From NCBI GenBank assembly GCA_965208635.1, contig OZ242349.1, positions 588,272-652,271 of the forward strand: a stretch of DNA of 64,000 nucleotides. The letters run 5' to 3'. Origin of the DNA: Candidatus Poribacteria bacterium (GTDB lineage: Bacteria; Poribacteria; WGA-4E; WGA-3G). A model generated the notes under the pieces. That model was not told where the DNA came from. It did not search any database and was given only the letters and a program-made list of their open reading frames with translations. The first letter of the stretch is position 1. Each line of letters opens with the position of its first letter. This document shows positions 11,139 to 20,885 of the stretch, piece by piece. The position numbers and the translations under genes were made by a program.

Positions 11139-13121
11139 TTACATGTCAAACAGAAACGGATTATTTGCATCGAAATAATATGCGGGTTCCTCTACGGAAG
11201 TTTGGCTGTCCTTTGTCAAACGAACAGGTGCTGAGAACTGCTCAATAACCTCTTTCTGCGCAAGCCACTCACACGCCATTTCAAAGGCGAGTTGACGGCT
11301 ACCGAAGTGGGTATAGATGTCGGTTATCGTGCGTTCCTCACCCGATTCCTCTAAGAAATCGAGCAACGGCTTGAACAGTGTCCGTAGATTCTCCTCTAAA
11401 TACACATCAATCCGCTCAAGGGCATCGCGAAGCATCGCCTCGTCCTTCTGTTTGTCGATCAGATCCGTAAAAACAGCGTTGAAAAAGGACGGGTTGTGCG
11501 CGAGGGCTTGATAGATAACCTTACGTCTCGGTGTTTCATTGTGCATGAGAACTTCAATGCGCGCCAATTCTCTGACAGCATAAGTCAGATAGAGAAACGT
11601 GTAATCCATATCGCGCTTGAGGTGGAACCACTTTTCGGCTTTTGCGAGTATGGCTGTCACATTGGCTCCGGCGTTGAGAAGTTGAGAGTGTTTATCCCGT
11701 TCACCAACCTGTAGATAGGAAGAATCACCGACCCGGAAATTGGCATTGCCATCAACAGAAAAGAGACTGTCCTTGGAAAAAAGAACGCGGCTTTCCGCGA
11801 GAATCGAATGCAGTGAACTCCCTTGTAGTGTCCCATCCAACAACTTTCTATAGTCGCTTCTGGTGTGGAGTTGAACTCGGAACGGAATACCCTCTTCGAT
11901 TAATTGATACTCCTTCTGTTTGAATCTTGTTCCATCTCTCAGGATAAGTGTGATGTAAGGTGTCGTTTTCTCCCAAACGTTGTCTTCGGCGAGGTTACTG
12001 GTGAGAACTGCGGCGAGGATGTACATGTCCTCTTGGAGTGTCTCCGTTAAATTGTCCAAGGCATGATGAATTCGAGCGTGCATGTCCACTTGAGAAGCAT
12101 CGCGAGTATAACTCGCTCCTACAGCATCATCGTCAGAGGAATCGCGAGCACCGCCTGCTCCTGCAGTGTCATCGTAATAATAAGCTGGCTCCTCCACAGG
12201 GACCTGACTTTTCGCTGTAAGTTTCATCGGCATGGCGACTTGCCTGATAATCCCCTTCCAAACCAGCCACTGACAGGTTAAATCTAAGGGTTCGTCATCA
12301 AATTCGGGAACACCTTCACTGTTAACATGCAAACCACGACCCAAGTCAGCATTCAATTCAGTGTTCGTGCGCGGTGCTTTCTGCTCAGAGAGATAATCAA
12401 AAATCGGTTGGAAGATAAACTGTCGCTCATCAAGATAGGCATTAATTGCATCCAGGGCGTCCTGAATGACTGTTTCTGTCTTTTCACAGTTAATCAAATC
12501 CGCATAAACACGTTTAAAGAAATCTGGGTTGTACTGGAGTGCGGGTTGAATCACCTCTCGCGCCGGAATCTCATTGTTCAAAAGCACCTCCAACCGTGCC
12601 AACCCTTGCACCACATTCAAAAGCGATAGGAACGACGTGAGGCAATCTTTGTTGACGTAAAACTGCTTCTCAGCATAGACAAGACTCGGCAGTGTGCTAG
12701 CAATGACGTTGAGCAGTTGGAACTGTTTATCACGCTCACCGATGTTGTCAAGGTTTGCGTTCTTATCATACCACTCTTGGATAGAGGCATCGTGCGAAAA
12801 GAGGAGCGTGCTATGTGAGAAATAGGAGTGCATGAAGGAACCCTGTTGTGCACTCTCGATTGTCTGCTTAAAAGCACTACGTGGACTTATGTTGGCGTGG
12901 ATATTTACACCATTTTCAACAAGCGAAAAGAAAGATTGCGTCGGACGAATCGCGTCTCTGCCGATGAGTTCCACATCAAGATCGGATTTTTCCCATACCT
13001 GGGCATAAGAGAAACTGCCTGCCACGATAGCGGCAAGAACATACGGATCCTTTTGAACCTTTTCGACAAGCAGATCCACGGCTTCGCGGTACTGTTCTTC
13101 AATAACCTCTTGGGATTGCAT
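11139..13121 (-). CDS. tandem nucleotidyltransferase-fold protein (N-terminal half with a GS..DxD motif, C-terminal half degenerate); function unknown
   Basis: 660 aa made of two homologous halves of about 300 aa, each ending in SVEEPAYY(Y/F)D. They are joined by an acidic linker (DDTAGAGGARDSSDDD). The first half carries AGSFSYAQVWEKSDLDVE (a GS-x10-DLD Pol-beta-type motif). The second half has AVLTSNLAEDNVWEKTTPYITL with no GS and no DxD. Confidence 0.6.
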   Translation of the reverse strand: MQSQEVIEEQYREAVDLLVEKVQKDPYVLAAIVAGSFSYAQVWEKSDLDVELIGRDAIRPTQSFFSLVENGVNIHANISPRSAFKQTIESAQQGSFMHSYFSHSTLLFSHDASIQEWYDKNANLDNIGERDKQFQLLNVIASTLPSLVYAEKQFYVNKDCLTSFLSLLNVVQGLARLEVLLNNEIPAREVIQPALQYNPDFFKRVYADLINCEKTETVIQDALDAINAYLDERQFIFQPIFDYLSEQKAPRTNTELNADLGRGLHVNSEGVPEFDDEPLDLTCQWLVWKGIIRQVAMPMKLTAKSQVPVEEPAYYYDDTAGAGGARDSSDDDAVGASYTRDASQVDMHARIHHALDNLTETLQEDMYILAAVLTSNLAEDNVWEKTTPYITLILRDGTRFKQKEYQLIEEGIPFRVQLHTRSDYRKLLDGTLQGSSLHSILAESRVLFSKDSLFSVDGNANFRVGDSSYLQVGERDKHSQLLNAGANVTAILAKAEKWFHLKRDMDYTFLYLTYAVRELARIEVLMHNETPRRKVIYQALAHNPSFFNAVFTDLIDKQKDEAMLRDALERIDVYLEENLRTLFKPLLDFLEESGEERTITDIYTHFGSRQLAFEMACEWLAQKEVIEQFSAPVRLTKDSQTSVEEPAYYFDANNPFLFDM

Positions 13122-13656
13122 GGGGTTCTCCTATTTCGGCGCAATTGGAAGTTGAATTTCGGTCTAAAAATAGGAATTTTCCACTATTAATTATACTATA
13201 AACCTGTTAAGATTGCAAGTAAATTTCATCCCCAAAATAGGGCATTTTTTGTCCGAATCGCGAGTTGACGCGGATGACACGGATGAGGCGGATTTTTGGG
13301 GAATCCTCTCGTCTTAATCTACAGGTAAATCGGGGCGAGGTGCTCCCATAAGCACAAGTGAATGTCAAAAACTTTAGACGTTCCCATAACACATATCAAG
13401 GCGGGGTCTGTTGTGTCGGTACAGTTCTTTTTCTCTGGCAGTTATATGCCTCAAGGAATGTGCTGATTTTTCAGGTAAGGCGTGAGGGACTCTTGGAGTT
13501 GGAGGCGCGCATTGCGGAGATACGTTTTGAGGGTGTAAAGTCCACTGCGTCGGTATCGCAATTGATCCGTGCCGCCAAGATTACGATAGATATGGAAAAA
13601 ACGTCAAGAAAAGTGAGATTGGGACGAAATAAGGGCTGAGGTTTTCTTTGAAACCG

Positions 13657-14784
13657 CTATTGAGGCGACCATGTGCGAAGCCCTTGAAGATCAAAACGGA
13701 AAGGAATCACTCGCGCACCAACCCCTTCCAATGCGTTTCTTGTGGATTTAACACGATCTGGATTACAGTGAAACAGTAGACATCCACCACCACCCGCACC
13801 ACACGCTTTTCCACCGCTACACCCATTTGCTTTCGCAATGTTGAACAACTCATCAATACGTCCGGTGTTTATTGAAGGATGTAACTGTTTTTGGAAACGC
13901 CAGTTCTCATCAAGCAGTTGACCGAAGTCGCAGAGATTGCGAGTCTGAAACATCTGTTTCATCTCATTGGCAATCCGACGAAGTGCTTTCAGGGCATCAT
14001 GCGTCCCTCGATTTCCTGCTTGATATGCGTCAACGACATTCCGAAGAATATCGCCTGAAAAATGCGATTCCCCAGTGTAAACAAGTAGCAAAGAGCTGTG
14101 AAGTTCTTCAAGGCTTTCCTGAGTCAGTTGAAGGGAGGTCGCCTCTACCGATTCGCCTTGACATCGCAAGAAATTTATCCCACCGAGTAGGCTGGCGTAG
14201 TGATCCTGTTTCCCACACGGAATTCCTGTTTCCTGTTCAATGACGGCGGCACTGTCAACAATTTGGTGTCGCAGCAATCTCTTTTCCGTGAAGATCGAGA
14301 GCAAACTCGCAAGAGCGATTCCCAGGGCCCCGGATGCCCCCAGACCACTTCCCTTTGGAACATCACTCCACGTCACAAGATGACAGCCTCTATCAGGACG
14401 CAAACGAGATAGAACCGCTTGCGGTAGATTCAATCCGTGCAGCGATGCCGAAACCCCTACCGGATGAAAGAACTCTTTGAGATCCACGGCGTAGAGACTG
14501 ACACACGAGTCAGGCACGGGAGTGAGACAAACATAAACGTGTAAATCAATCGCAGCGTTGACCACTCCCCCTTCATTCTCCCGCGCGAACGGAATCAGGT
14601 CTGTCCATCCGCCAGCAAGGTCGATGCGCGTTGGTGCGCGCGCATAAAGCGGGACACGTTGGGATAGAGCGGTCATTGCGCTCTTGTGTTCAGCAGTTGG
14701 AGGTTTCCATTGATTTCCCTGAGCATCTTGTATGTTATGAAGCAAAGTTGAACGCATCTCGTCTGAGGCTCCTGTAGATAACAT
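13657..14784 (-). CDS. GHMP-family sugar kinase (galacto-/fuco-/heptose-kinase-like)
   Basis: N-terminal motif RAPTRIDLAGGWTD, a GHMP ATP-binding motif PKGSGLGASGALGIALA, and a C-terminal GGKACGAGGGGCLLF. The track ORF begins at TTG 14820 and overlaps the ABM gene. ATG 14784 or ATG 14757 (AGGAG upstream) are more likely starts. Confidence 0.75.
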   Translation of the reverse strand: MLSTGASDEMRSTLLHNIQDAQGNQWKPPTAEHKSAMTALSQRVPLYARAPTRIDLAGGWTDLIPFARENEGGVVNAAIDLHVYVCLTPVPDSCVSLYAVDLKEFFHPVGVSASLHGLNLPQAVLSRLRPDRGCHLVTWSDVPKGSGLGASGALGIALASLLSIFTEKRLLRHQIVDSAAVIEQETGIPCGKQDHYASLLGGINFLRCQGESVEATSLQLTQESLEELHSSLLLVYTGESHFSGDILRNVVDAYQAGNRGTHDALKALRRIANEMKQMFQTRNLCDFGQLLDENWRFQKQLHPSINTGRIDELFNIAKANGCSGGKACGAGGGGCLLFHCNPDRVKSTRNALEGVGARVIPFRFDLQGLRTWSPQ

Positions 14785-14798
14785 AATACATCCGATGC

Positions 14799-15107
14799 TT
14801 AGACGTCTAAAACCGTGCAATTCCAGAGAAATTCAATCGAGGCGTATTCTCCAACTTTTTGCATCAGTGCCGTGTGTGTCTCACGCCATAGTTTCGCCGT
14901 GCTTTGCAGATGGACCTCTCTATTTTCCCAGAGTTCTGAAATACAATAACCGGCTCTATCTTGGTAGGTATCCAACAGTTCCACCTCCAAGCATCCGGGG
15001 GCGTTTCGTAGAACAGGCAGCCACTGTGTCTGGATAAATTTCTTCAAATCCTTCTTTTTCTTTTTCTCCCGCAGTGTGAGAGTATAAAAGATTCTTGCTT
15101 TCGCCAC
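14799..15107 (-). CDS. ABM (antibiotic-biosynthesis-monooxygenase-like) domain protein
   Basis: 102 aa. The ferredoxin-like pattern FIQTQWLPVLRNAPGCLEVELL..ISELWENREVHLQS resembles ActVA-Orf6/ABM family proteins. Confidence 0.5.
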   Translation of the reverse strand: MAKARIFYTLTLREKKKKKDLKKFIQTQWLPVLRNAPGCLEVELLDTYQDRAGYCISELWENREVHLQSTAKLWRETHTALMQKVGEYASIEFLWNCTVLDV

Positions 15108-15198
15108 GCTATAACTCCTTTGTTATTTTTGATGTTTCCGGTATTCACCGGAGTGGGTAATCTTCTACTGGGGTTTGTTGATAAGAAAGGCAGGCTTA

Positions 15199-16332
15199 CT
15201 AAAAAAACGTAAAGAACGGTCCTCGGCATAAAAGTGTTAAAATAACACCCAAACAGATCACAGGCGCGAACCGCAAAGAGTGCTGAATCCGGATTGTGTT
15301 ATCAAACACCTCAAACTCGCCATCTGCTGCCAATTGTTTCAATTCCGCTACCTTCTCTTTTGAGACACCGCCCGGTAATGTCCCAAGAATAATATTCGAG
15401 TTTAACACATTCGGGAGCGCAAAACCTTCCTTGCTATAAGTTATTTCTCCGTCGTCCCCTTCAGTTTTAACAATCTGTTCAGCAGGCACCATTCCCTCTT
15501 TCAAATCAGAGATGTCTACCTCGCGATCTAATACCATACTGTCGAGATTCTCAATGAAATGCTTCCCAAAGAAGAATACAGCAAGATATAGAAGGTATAT
15601 CTTCAAGAGCGGGGTGTAAGCTTCCGACCAGGCACTCAGTGTCCAAGGAGTTGTGATTATCATCAACTCAATTAGCACTACACAGACAACATAGTTACGA
15701 ATCCTCTCGAGACCGAATTTCTTTACATAGTAACTGAGGGTGAGATACAGAGAAAATATAATCAAGAGCTGATGCCACAGTCCGAGTTCAATCCCTAACC
15801 AACGCAGCGAGAGCATAACAAACTGTCGCAACCCGAGTAGAAAAATGAGGCTGAATACCCTCTCGAAAATCTGTTTACGGAAGTCTTCTTGTCGGAAGAT
15901 TGACATAAACGCCTGCGATTTCTGTTGGACATCTGTTTTCAGGCAGAGGTACGTAACAAGGATCATGCAATACGGCACGAAAATGTTGATAATGAGGGTT
16001 GTAGGTGTGTATTGCGCGTATGCAGCCGCCTCCGAAAACAGTCCCGATGGCATCAGCAGCGACGCTCCCCAAACAAGTTTGGCATCTCCTGCGGCGAAAA
16101 TACCAAACCAATAGAGTGCCAGAACAATTAAAAAGCCGCCAACAACCGTAAAGATACTGTTTAAGAGGGCACTACTCCCTGACAAAACATCAATAACTTG
16201 ACTGAGAATGCCAGCGTAGATGAGCCCGTAGCTGCAGAAATTCTTGATTTTTCTTTCTCGCAGATCTGTATAGGCAGCATAGCAGCAGAAAAGCAGAAGA
16301 AGACTAATGAACAAATTCTGGTAACTGAGCAT
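15199..16332 (-). CDS. polytopic membrane protein with N-terminal A24 (TadV/CpaA-type prepilin peptidase) domain and C-terminal soluble domain
   Basis: AAYTDLRERKIKNF (first catalytic Asp motif of Flp-type prepilin peptidases) and FAAGDAKLVWGASLL (second Asp, the GDxKL motif). Further TM helices and a C-terminal domain of about 110 aa follow. Confidence 0.65.
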   Translation of the reverse strand: MLSYQNLFISLLLLFCCYAAYTDLRERKIKNFCSYGLIYAGILSQVIDVLSGSSALLNSIFTVVGGFLIVLALYWFGIFAAGDAKLVWGASLLMPSGLFSEAAAYAQYTPTTLIINIFVPYCMILVTYLCLKTDVQQKSQAFMSIFRQEDFRKQIFERVFSLIFLLGLRQFVMLSLRWLGIELGLWHQLLIIFSLYLTLSYYVKKFGLERIRNYVVCVVLIELMIITTPWTLSAWSEAYTPLLKIYLLYLAVFFFGKHFIENLDSMVLDREVDISDLKEGMVPAEQIVKTEGDDGEITYSKEGFALPNVLNSNIILGTLPGGVSKEKVAELKQLAADGEFEVFDNTIRIQHSLRFAPVICLGVILTLLCRGPFFTFF

Positions 16333-16343
16333 TTTTCAATTCC

Positions 16344-17450
16344 TTAAGGTTGGTTCTCGTGTTCCATTTTCAACGCACCCCAATGTGTGGAGAGTTTCCC
16401 GACCGCCTCAACTGCACGAAAGCCCATCCCGAATACCATTACACTGGTAAAATGTTCCCTGTTTTTTCCGCTGCCACCAAAGACATAGATTTTACCGTTG
16501 ACCACCGCTGCTCCAAAGGGTAGAATAGGCATTGGCAGTGGCGGAATGTCACGCCATTCGTCTGTCTCTGGGTTATAGGTATCAACAGTTGCCAGATCTT
16601 GAGGAACTCTGTTTTGCCAAATGAAACCACCAATCAGATAGATCACATCATCAAGAACAACCGTTGAGAATGAGAGCCTCAGGTTTGGCATCTCATTCTT
16701 TTTTTGCCAACGGTTGATTTTTGGATCATATTCCTCAATGACCTTTAAAAAGGGACCTCCAGGACCCACTTGCGGCCACCCACGTCCCCCGATCGCATAA
16801 ATGTGATTGTTGACAACGCCCACACCAAACCTATCACGTTTCGTCGGCATCTTTGCCCGCTTCACCCACGTATCGGTGGTAGGGTCATAGGCTTCCACGA
16901 GATCAATGCGCCACGGAGCCCCAGGTTTCTGATCCCTTGGGTGGACATACCCGCCAATGGCATAGATTTTGCCAGCAACCACACCCACACCGAACTGTTT
17001 ACGAGGAATCGACATGCCCTGTTTCCTGACCCACGTATCGGTTTGTGGATCGTACATTTCAACAACGTCCAGATTTTTGAGATTCACAATGAATCTGTCT
17101 ATTCCACTATAACCCCCGATGACGTAGATTTTATTATCAACAACTGCTGTTGCAGGCACTGCGCGGGAGGTTGGCATATCCGCAACTCTCCGCCATGTGC
17201 TGGTTTGCGGATCGTACACCTCAACAGTTGACAGTCCAAAGGGACCATTCTCGTTTTCAAAGAGGGTGCCGCCGATGAGATAAATCTTATCACCGACCAC
17301 AGCAGTCGAGAAATCCTTTCTATGTGTTGGAAGTTTAGATATAACCTCCCATCTTTCTGCGGCAATGTTTTCTATGCTGACAAGAAATAGAATGATAACA
17401 ACCAAACCAGCAACAATCCATCGTAGATGCCGAAGTGTTTTGAACATCAT
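16344..17450 (-). CDS. Kelch-repeat beta-propeller protein, N-terminal membrane anchor
   Basis: Six units of KIY(L/A/V)IGG with W/Y-containing blades, after an N-terminal TM segment WIVAGLVVIILFLV. It is a paralog of 22904-24034. Confidence 0.8.
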   Translation of the reverse strand: MMFKTLRHLRWIVAGLVVIILFLVSIENIAAERWEVISKLPTHRKDFSTAVVGDKIYLIGGTLFENENGPFGLSTVEVYDPQTSTWRRVADMPTSRAVPATAVVDNKIYVIGGYSGIDRFIVNLKNLDVVEMYDPQTDTWVRKQGMSIPRKQFGVGVVAGKIYAIGGYVHPRDQKPGAPWRIDLVEAYDPTTDTWVKRAKMPTKRDRFGVGVVNNHIYAIGGRGWPQVGPGGPFLKVIEEYDPKINRWQKKNEMPNLRLSFSTVVLDDVIYLIGGFIWQNRVPQDLATVDTYNPETDEWRDIPPLPMPILPFGAAVVNGKIYVFGGSGKNREHFTSVMVFGMGFRAVEAVGKLSTHWGALKMEHENQP

Positions 17451-17517
17451 CAGTTCCTCCTATTGACATAAGGAAGATGTCAGTAGTGTGCGGGAAACAG
17501 AGATATGACCCCCAAGT

Positions 17518-19161
17518 TCAAACGAGATTTTCTAAGATTTTTTCGGCACGTTCCGGCTCTTTACAGATGAACTCAAGCACAGTTTTTACCGCCATCGGTG
17601 TGTATTCCTCCAAAAGGGTCATCGCAATCGCTTGCTCCATATCAACCGATGTCGGAACCCTTGAGAGCATGAATGCTTCGGCCTCAATTTCACCGCATAC
17701 CGGGTTGTAATGTTTCCGAAAAAGCAGACGATGTTTCGTGGATTTAGATTGGGATACCTTACGATTTTGAAGATCTCCAAGTAGACTAAGGATTCGTTGG
17801 ATAGTCTCTTCCCATGTGTAAGTTGAAACAGCCTCTAATCCTTTCTGCCCTAAATTCGTTTGTTCATCGGGGGTTTCAAACAGCGATCTGAGTTCCTGCG
17901 ATATGGATTCAACTGGCACATCGACTGGATCGAAAAAAGTTGGTGGAATCTGAATAAACCGACACGCACCTGAAATCTCTTCAGGTGCGGCATATCCCCA
18001 GATAACCGTTGGAATGCCACATGCAACTATCTCCAGCAGGAGTAGCGGAGATGACCCAAGAATCGTCGGAAACACCAATGCGTCTAAAGCATTAAAGATA
18101 AATGGACTTGCCTCCTTGTCCTGCAGAGACGCAATATTAAAAAAGTTAACACACCCATCCCCCGTGAAATTGTCCTCCAGGGTGGAATGGATGACCAACC
18201 AATTGAACTCTGGATTGGCAAATCGCAGTTTTCGCAAGAAGTGAAACGTTTCGTGCGGAGGCAGTCCTGACACGACCCCTACCAACGGTTTTTGCGAAAT
18301 CGCTGCATTCCCGAGCGCCTGAGACAATTGGTGCTTACACTTCGTTTTATCCATCGGTCTGAAAATAGATGTATCAACACCATAAGGAATATGATGAAAG
18401 ACACTCAGATCGGGAACGAAATTTGAGAAAAAGGTCTGCGTCCAAGAGGCATCGCATGCAAAGGTATCAAAATTTCGCAACGCCGCACATCTCTCAAGCA
18501 CGGTGTTACGTGCTTCATGACGCATCAAAGTCTCGTTGGACAGGCGGAGTATAACGGGATGCCTGTTAAATTTTAGAAAAACCTGCTCCCCTACAGTCAG
18601 CGGAGCTAAAGCGAGAATACCATCACAGTCCTGCGGAATAAACTTTGCTGGCGAAAACGACCGATCGCTTCTGAAGAAAACCGGTTGAACCCCTTCAGTA
18701 CGTAAACCGTCTTTAATTTCCTGACGGTTGTTGTCCGTCTCAGATAAGGGTAGATAAAGGTCGGCATGATTTGCCAGCGTCGTTAGCAGATGGTGAGTCG
18801 CCGCATTCAGTAGGAAAGAGGCGGTCTTTCTGTTTTCCAAAACACCCGCTGTCAGAAAAATTTTCGGTCGTTCACCACATGGAGAAGGTTCAATTTCAGG
18901 TTGATCTGGCGAAAATAGAATCCCGATTTCCGAAAGTTTAGAAAGAAAAGCGAGTGCCTCAAAAACCACAGAACGGGAACCGTGTTTGTCAGCGAGCGTG
19001 TCAATGATGACATCCGTTTCCGAAACCCTACAAGCATTTAGGATGTCGCAAACAACTTCATTCACCGGGACAACAACACCCGCATCAAGATCGGCAACGA
19101 ACTGCTCGCCATCACGTTTGAAATGATGAAGGTTATGCAAATTGCAAGGAAATTCGATCAT
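17518..19161 (-). CDS. PqqD-like (RRE) domain fused to GT-B glycosyltransferase-like domain (EX7E motif incomplete)
   Basis: The N-terminal 85 aa (HHFKRDGEQFVADLDAGVVVPVNEVVCDILNAC..ETDVIIDTLADKHG..VVFEALAFLSKLSEIGILF) follow the PqqD/RRE pattern. The C-terminus LVFPTILGSSPLLLLEIVACGIPTVIWG resembles the GT4 core but lacks the first Glu of EX7E. Confidence 0.65.
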   Translation of the reverse strand: MIEFPCNLHNLHHFKRDGEQFVADLDAGVVVPVNEVVCDILNACRVSETDVIIDTLADKHGSRSVVFEALAFLSKLSEIGILFSPDQPEIEPSPCGERPKIFLTAGVLENRKTASFLLNAATHHLLTTLANHADLYLPLSETDNNRQEIKDGLRTEGVQPVFFRSDRSFSPAKFIPQDCDGILALAPLTVGEQVFLKFNRHPVILRLSNETLMRHEARNTVLERCAALRNFDTFACDASWTQTFFSNFVPDLSVFHHIPYGVDTSIFRPMDKTKCKHQLSQALGNAAISQKPLVGVVSGLPPHETFHFLRKLRFANPEFNWLVIHSTLEDNFTGDGCVNFFNIASLQDKEASPFIFNALDALVFPTILGSSPLLLLEIVACGIPTVIWGYAAPEEISGACRFIQIPPTFFDPVDVPVESISQELRSLFETPDEQTNLGQKGLEAVSTYTWEETIQRILSLLGDLQNRKVSQSKSTKHRLLFRKHYNPVCGEIEAEAFMLSRVPTSVDMEQAIAMTLLEEYTPMAVKTVLEFICKEPERAEKILENLV

Positions 19162-19174
19162 CGTTTTACTTTCT

Positions 19175-20872
19175 CTATCCGTTTACGGCTTCCTGAAAAC
19201 CAAAAATTTTTTCGAGAATCGTTTCAGTTCTCTCCTGACCATATAAATGATGTAACACGGCTTCAACTTCATGTATGCCGTGTTTTCTCAGGAGTGCCAA
19301 TGACAAGCCCTCCTCAATGGATTGTGCATAGCGGTCTTTCATCAGGGGTCTTTCCTTTTCGCGAGTGATATTGCTCAATATTGCTTGGCGTTCAATCTGT
19401 CTTTGCCGATTGTTAAGATAAGGGACGAAAGAGATAGCGAAGTGCCGTTTATATCGGTCCTCTAACGCTTGGATTTGTTTCAGTCTTCTGAACAACGCAA
19501 TGAGATTCTGTGCGGTTTTATCCCATGTAAAGGTCAGTGCTCTCTCCCGCGCCTTTTGTCCCAATGCCAATCGTGCTTTCTCATCGATGAGGAGGCTATT
19601 GACGGCATCCGCCATTGCACTCGGTGAAACCGTCCCAGCGAAACTACCAATTTCATTATCATACGCTTGTGCGGGCACAACAAGTCCCGCATTGCCGACA
19701 ACCTCAGGGAGTCCATCAAGGTTCGGCACAACTGGCGGTATCCCACAAGCCATCGTTTCTAAGAGGGCAAGCCCAAATGTTTCTTCACCGACCATTGAGG
19801 GGAAACAGTAAACATCAAAAGCATTTAAAAATCGAGCAAGTTCGTCCCTGGGTTGCTGTGGTGCACAAATCAGATTCGGTGGCAGTTGCTGATGGGCATA
19901 AATGTTCAGCGTCGGAGCGGTAAGAAGGAAACAGACGTGTGGGAGGCATCTCGCGATTTTTATGTAAATTCCTGCTCCTTTTTCAGGTTGAAATCTTGAG
20001 AAGAAACCGACCACCGGTGAAGTAGCGATTTCAGGTTTGTTCAGCATCTTCGCAACTTCAGTTTTCGCCTGCTGTTTGCCAAAGGGATGAAATTTGTTAG
20101 GATCAACTCCCAATGGTATGGCCTGAAAAACGTCCTTGTTATAGACGAATCGACCGTACAGATCGCTCACTGAGTTCGTTGGCACCAAAAAAGCATCAAA
20201 AGGACGCATCGCCGCGTACCAAAGCAATCCTGCATTAATGACATCGCCATTGTGTCCTCTTGCGGAATAGATCGGAACAACAAATGGGGCATCAATATAA
20301 CGTAAAAGAGGAAGGAACTGCGTGTCTTGATGACTTCCTAACAAGACTGCGTCATAATTGCCTTGGATTAACTTTAGAAACGCAGATTTATCGTTTCTCT
20401 GGAATCTGATACCTTGGACATTCTCATTGAACTTTTCGTCGCGTTCACCTATCACGTCAAGAAAAGCATGTGCCTCCAGTGCTTTGACGAGATTGTGATG
20501 TGCCACCGAAACCCCACCTGTTGCTTTTGTAATGTCGGCTGCATAGGGACCGTTCTGTAGGACAAGGATCTTCAATTGACTTGTAGTCTCTGTTCCTTGT
20601 GAGGTGGTGTTCCTTTCGAGGTTTGAAAAGAGAACCCCACGCTGTTCCATTGCTGATAGTGTATTTAATGCCTCAATGACTAAATCGGTGTCGTATTTTT
20701 TCCCAAGCCGTTCTATGATTTCCTCACTTGAAAAAGATGGGCAGAGGTCCAGGATCTCCCAAGTGATGTTATCGATGCCCAATACAAGACATTGGCTAAG
20801 ATCCGCGACATACAGACGGTCACCCTGCTGGAATTTATGTAGATGTGTGGTAGATTTCGGACATACGAACAT
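19175..20872 (-). CDS. PqqD-like (RRE) domain fused to GT4-family (GT-B) glycosyltransferase
   Basis: N-terminus LHKFQQGDRLYVADLSQCLVLGIDNITWEILDLC..SSEEIIERLGKKYDTDLVIEALNTLSAMEQRGVLF (PqqD/RRE pattern). C-terminus YCFPSMVGEETFGLALLETMACGIPPVVPNLDGLPEVVG (canonical GT4 EX7E and Gly-rich motif). Confidence 0.75.
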   Translation of the reverse strand: MFVCPKSTTHLHKFQQGDRLYVADLSQCLVLGIDNITWEILDLCPSFSSEEIIERLGKKYDTDLVIEALNTLSAMEQRGVLFSNLERNTTSQGTETTSQLKILVLQNGPYAADITKATGGVSVAHHNLVKALEAHAFLDVIGERDEKFNENVQGIRFQRNDKSAFLKLIQGNYDAVLLGSHQDTQFLPLLRYIDAPFVVPIYSARGHNGDVINAGLLWYAAMRPFDAFLVPTNSVSDLYGRFVYNKDVFQAIPLGVDPNKFHPFGKQQAKTEVAKMLNKPEIATSPVVGFFSRFQPEKGAGIYIKIARCLPHVCFLLTAPTLNIYAHQQLPPNLICAPQQPRDELARFLNAFDVYCFPSMVGEETFGLALLETMACGIPPVVPNLDGLPEVVGNAGLVVPAQAYDNEIGSFAGTVSPSAMADAVNSLLIDEKARLALGQKARERALTFTWDKTAQNLIALFRRLKQIQALEDRYKRHFAISFVPYLNNRQRQIERQAILSNITREKERPLMKDRYAQSIEEGLSLALLRKHGIHEVEAVLHHLYGQERTETILEKIFGFQEAVNG

Positions 20873-20885
20873 CGTGCATTCCTCG

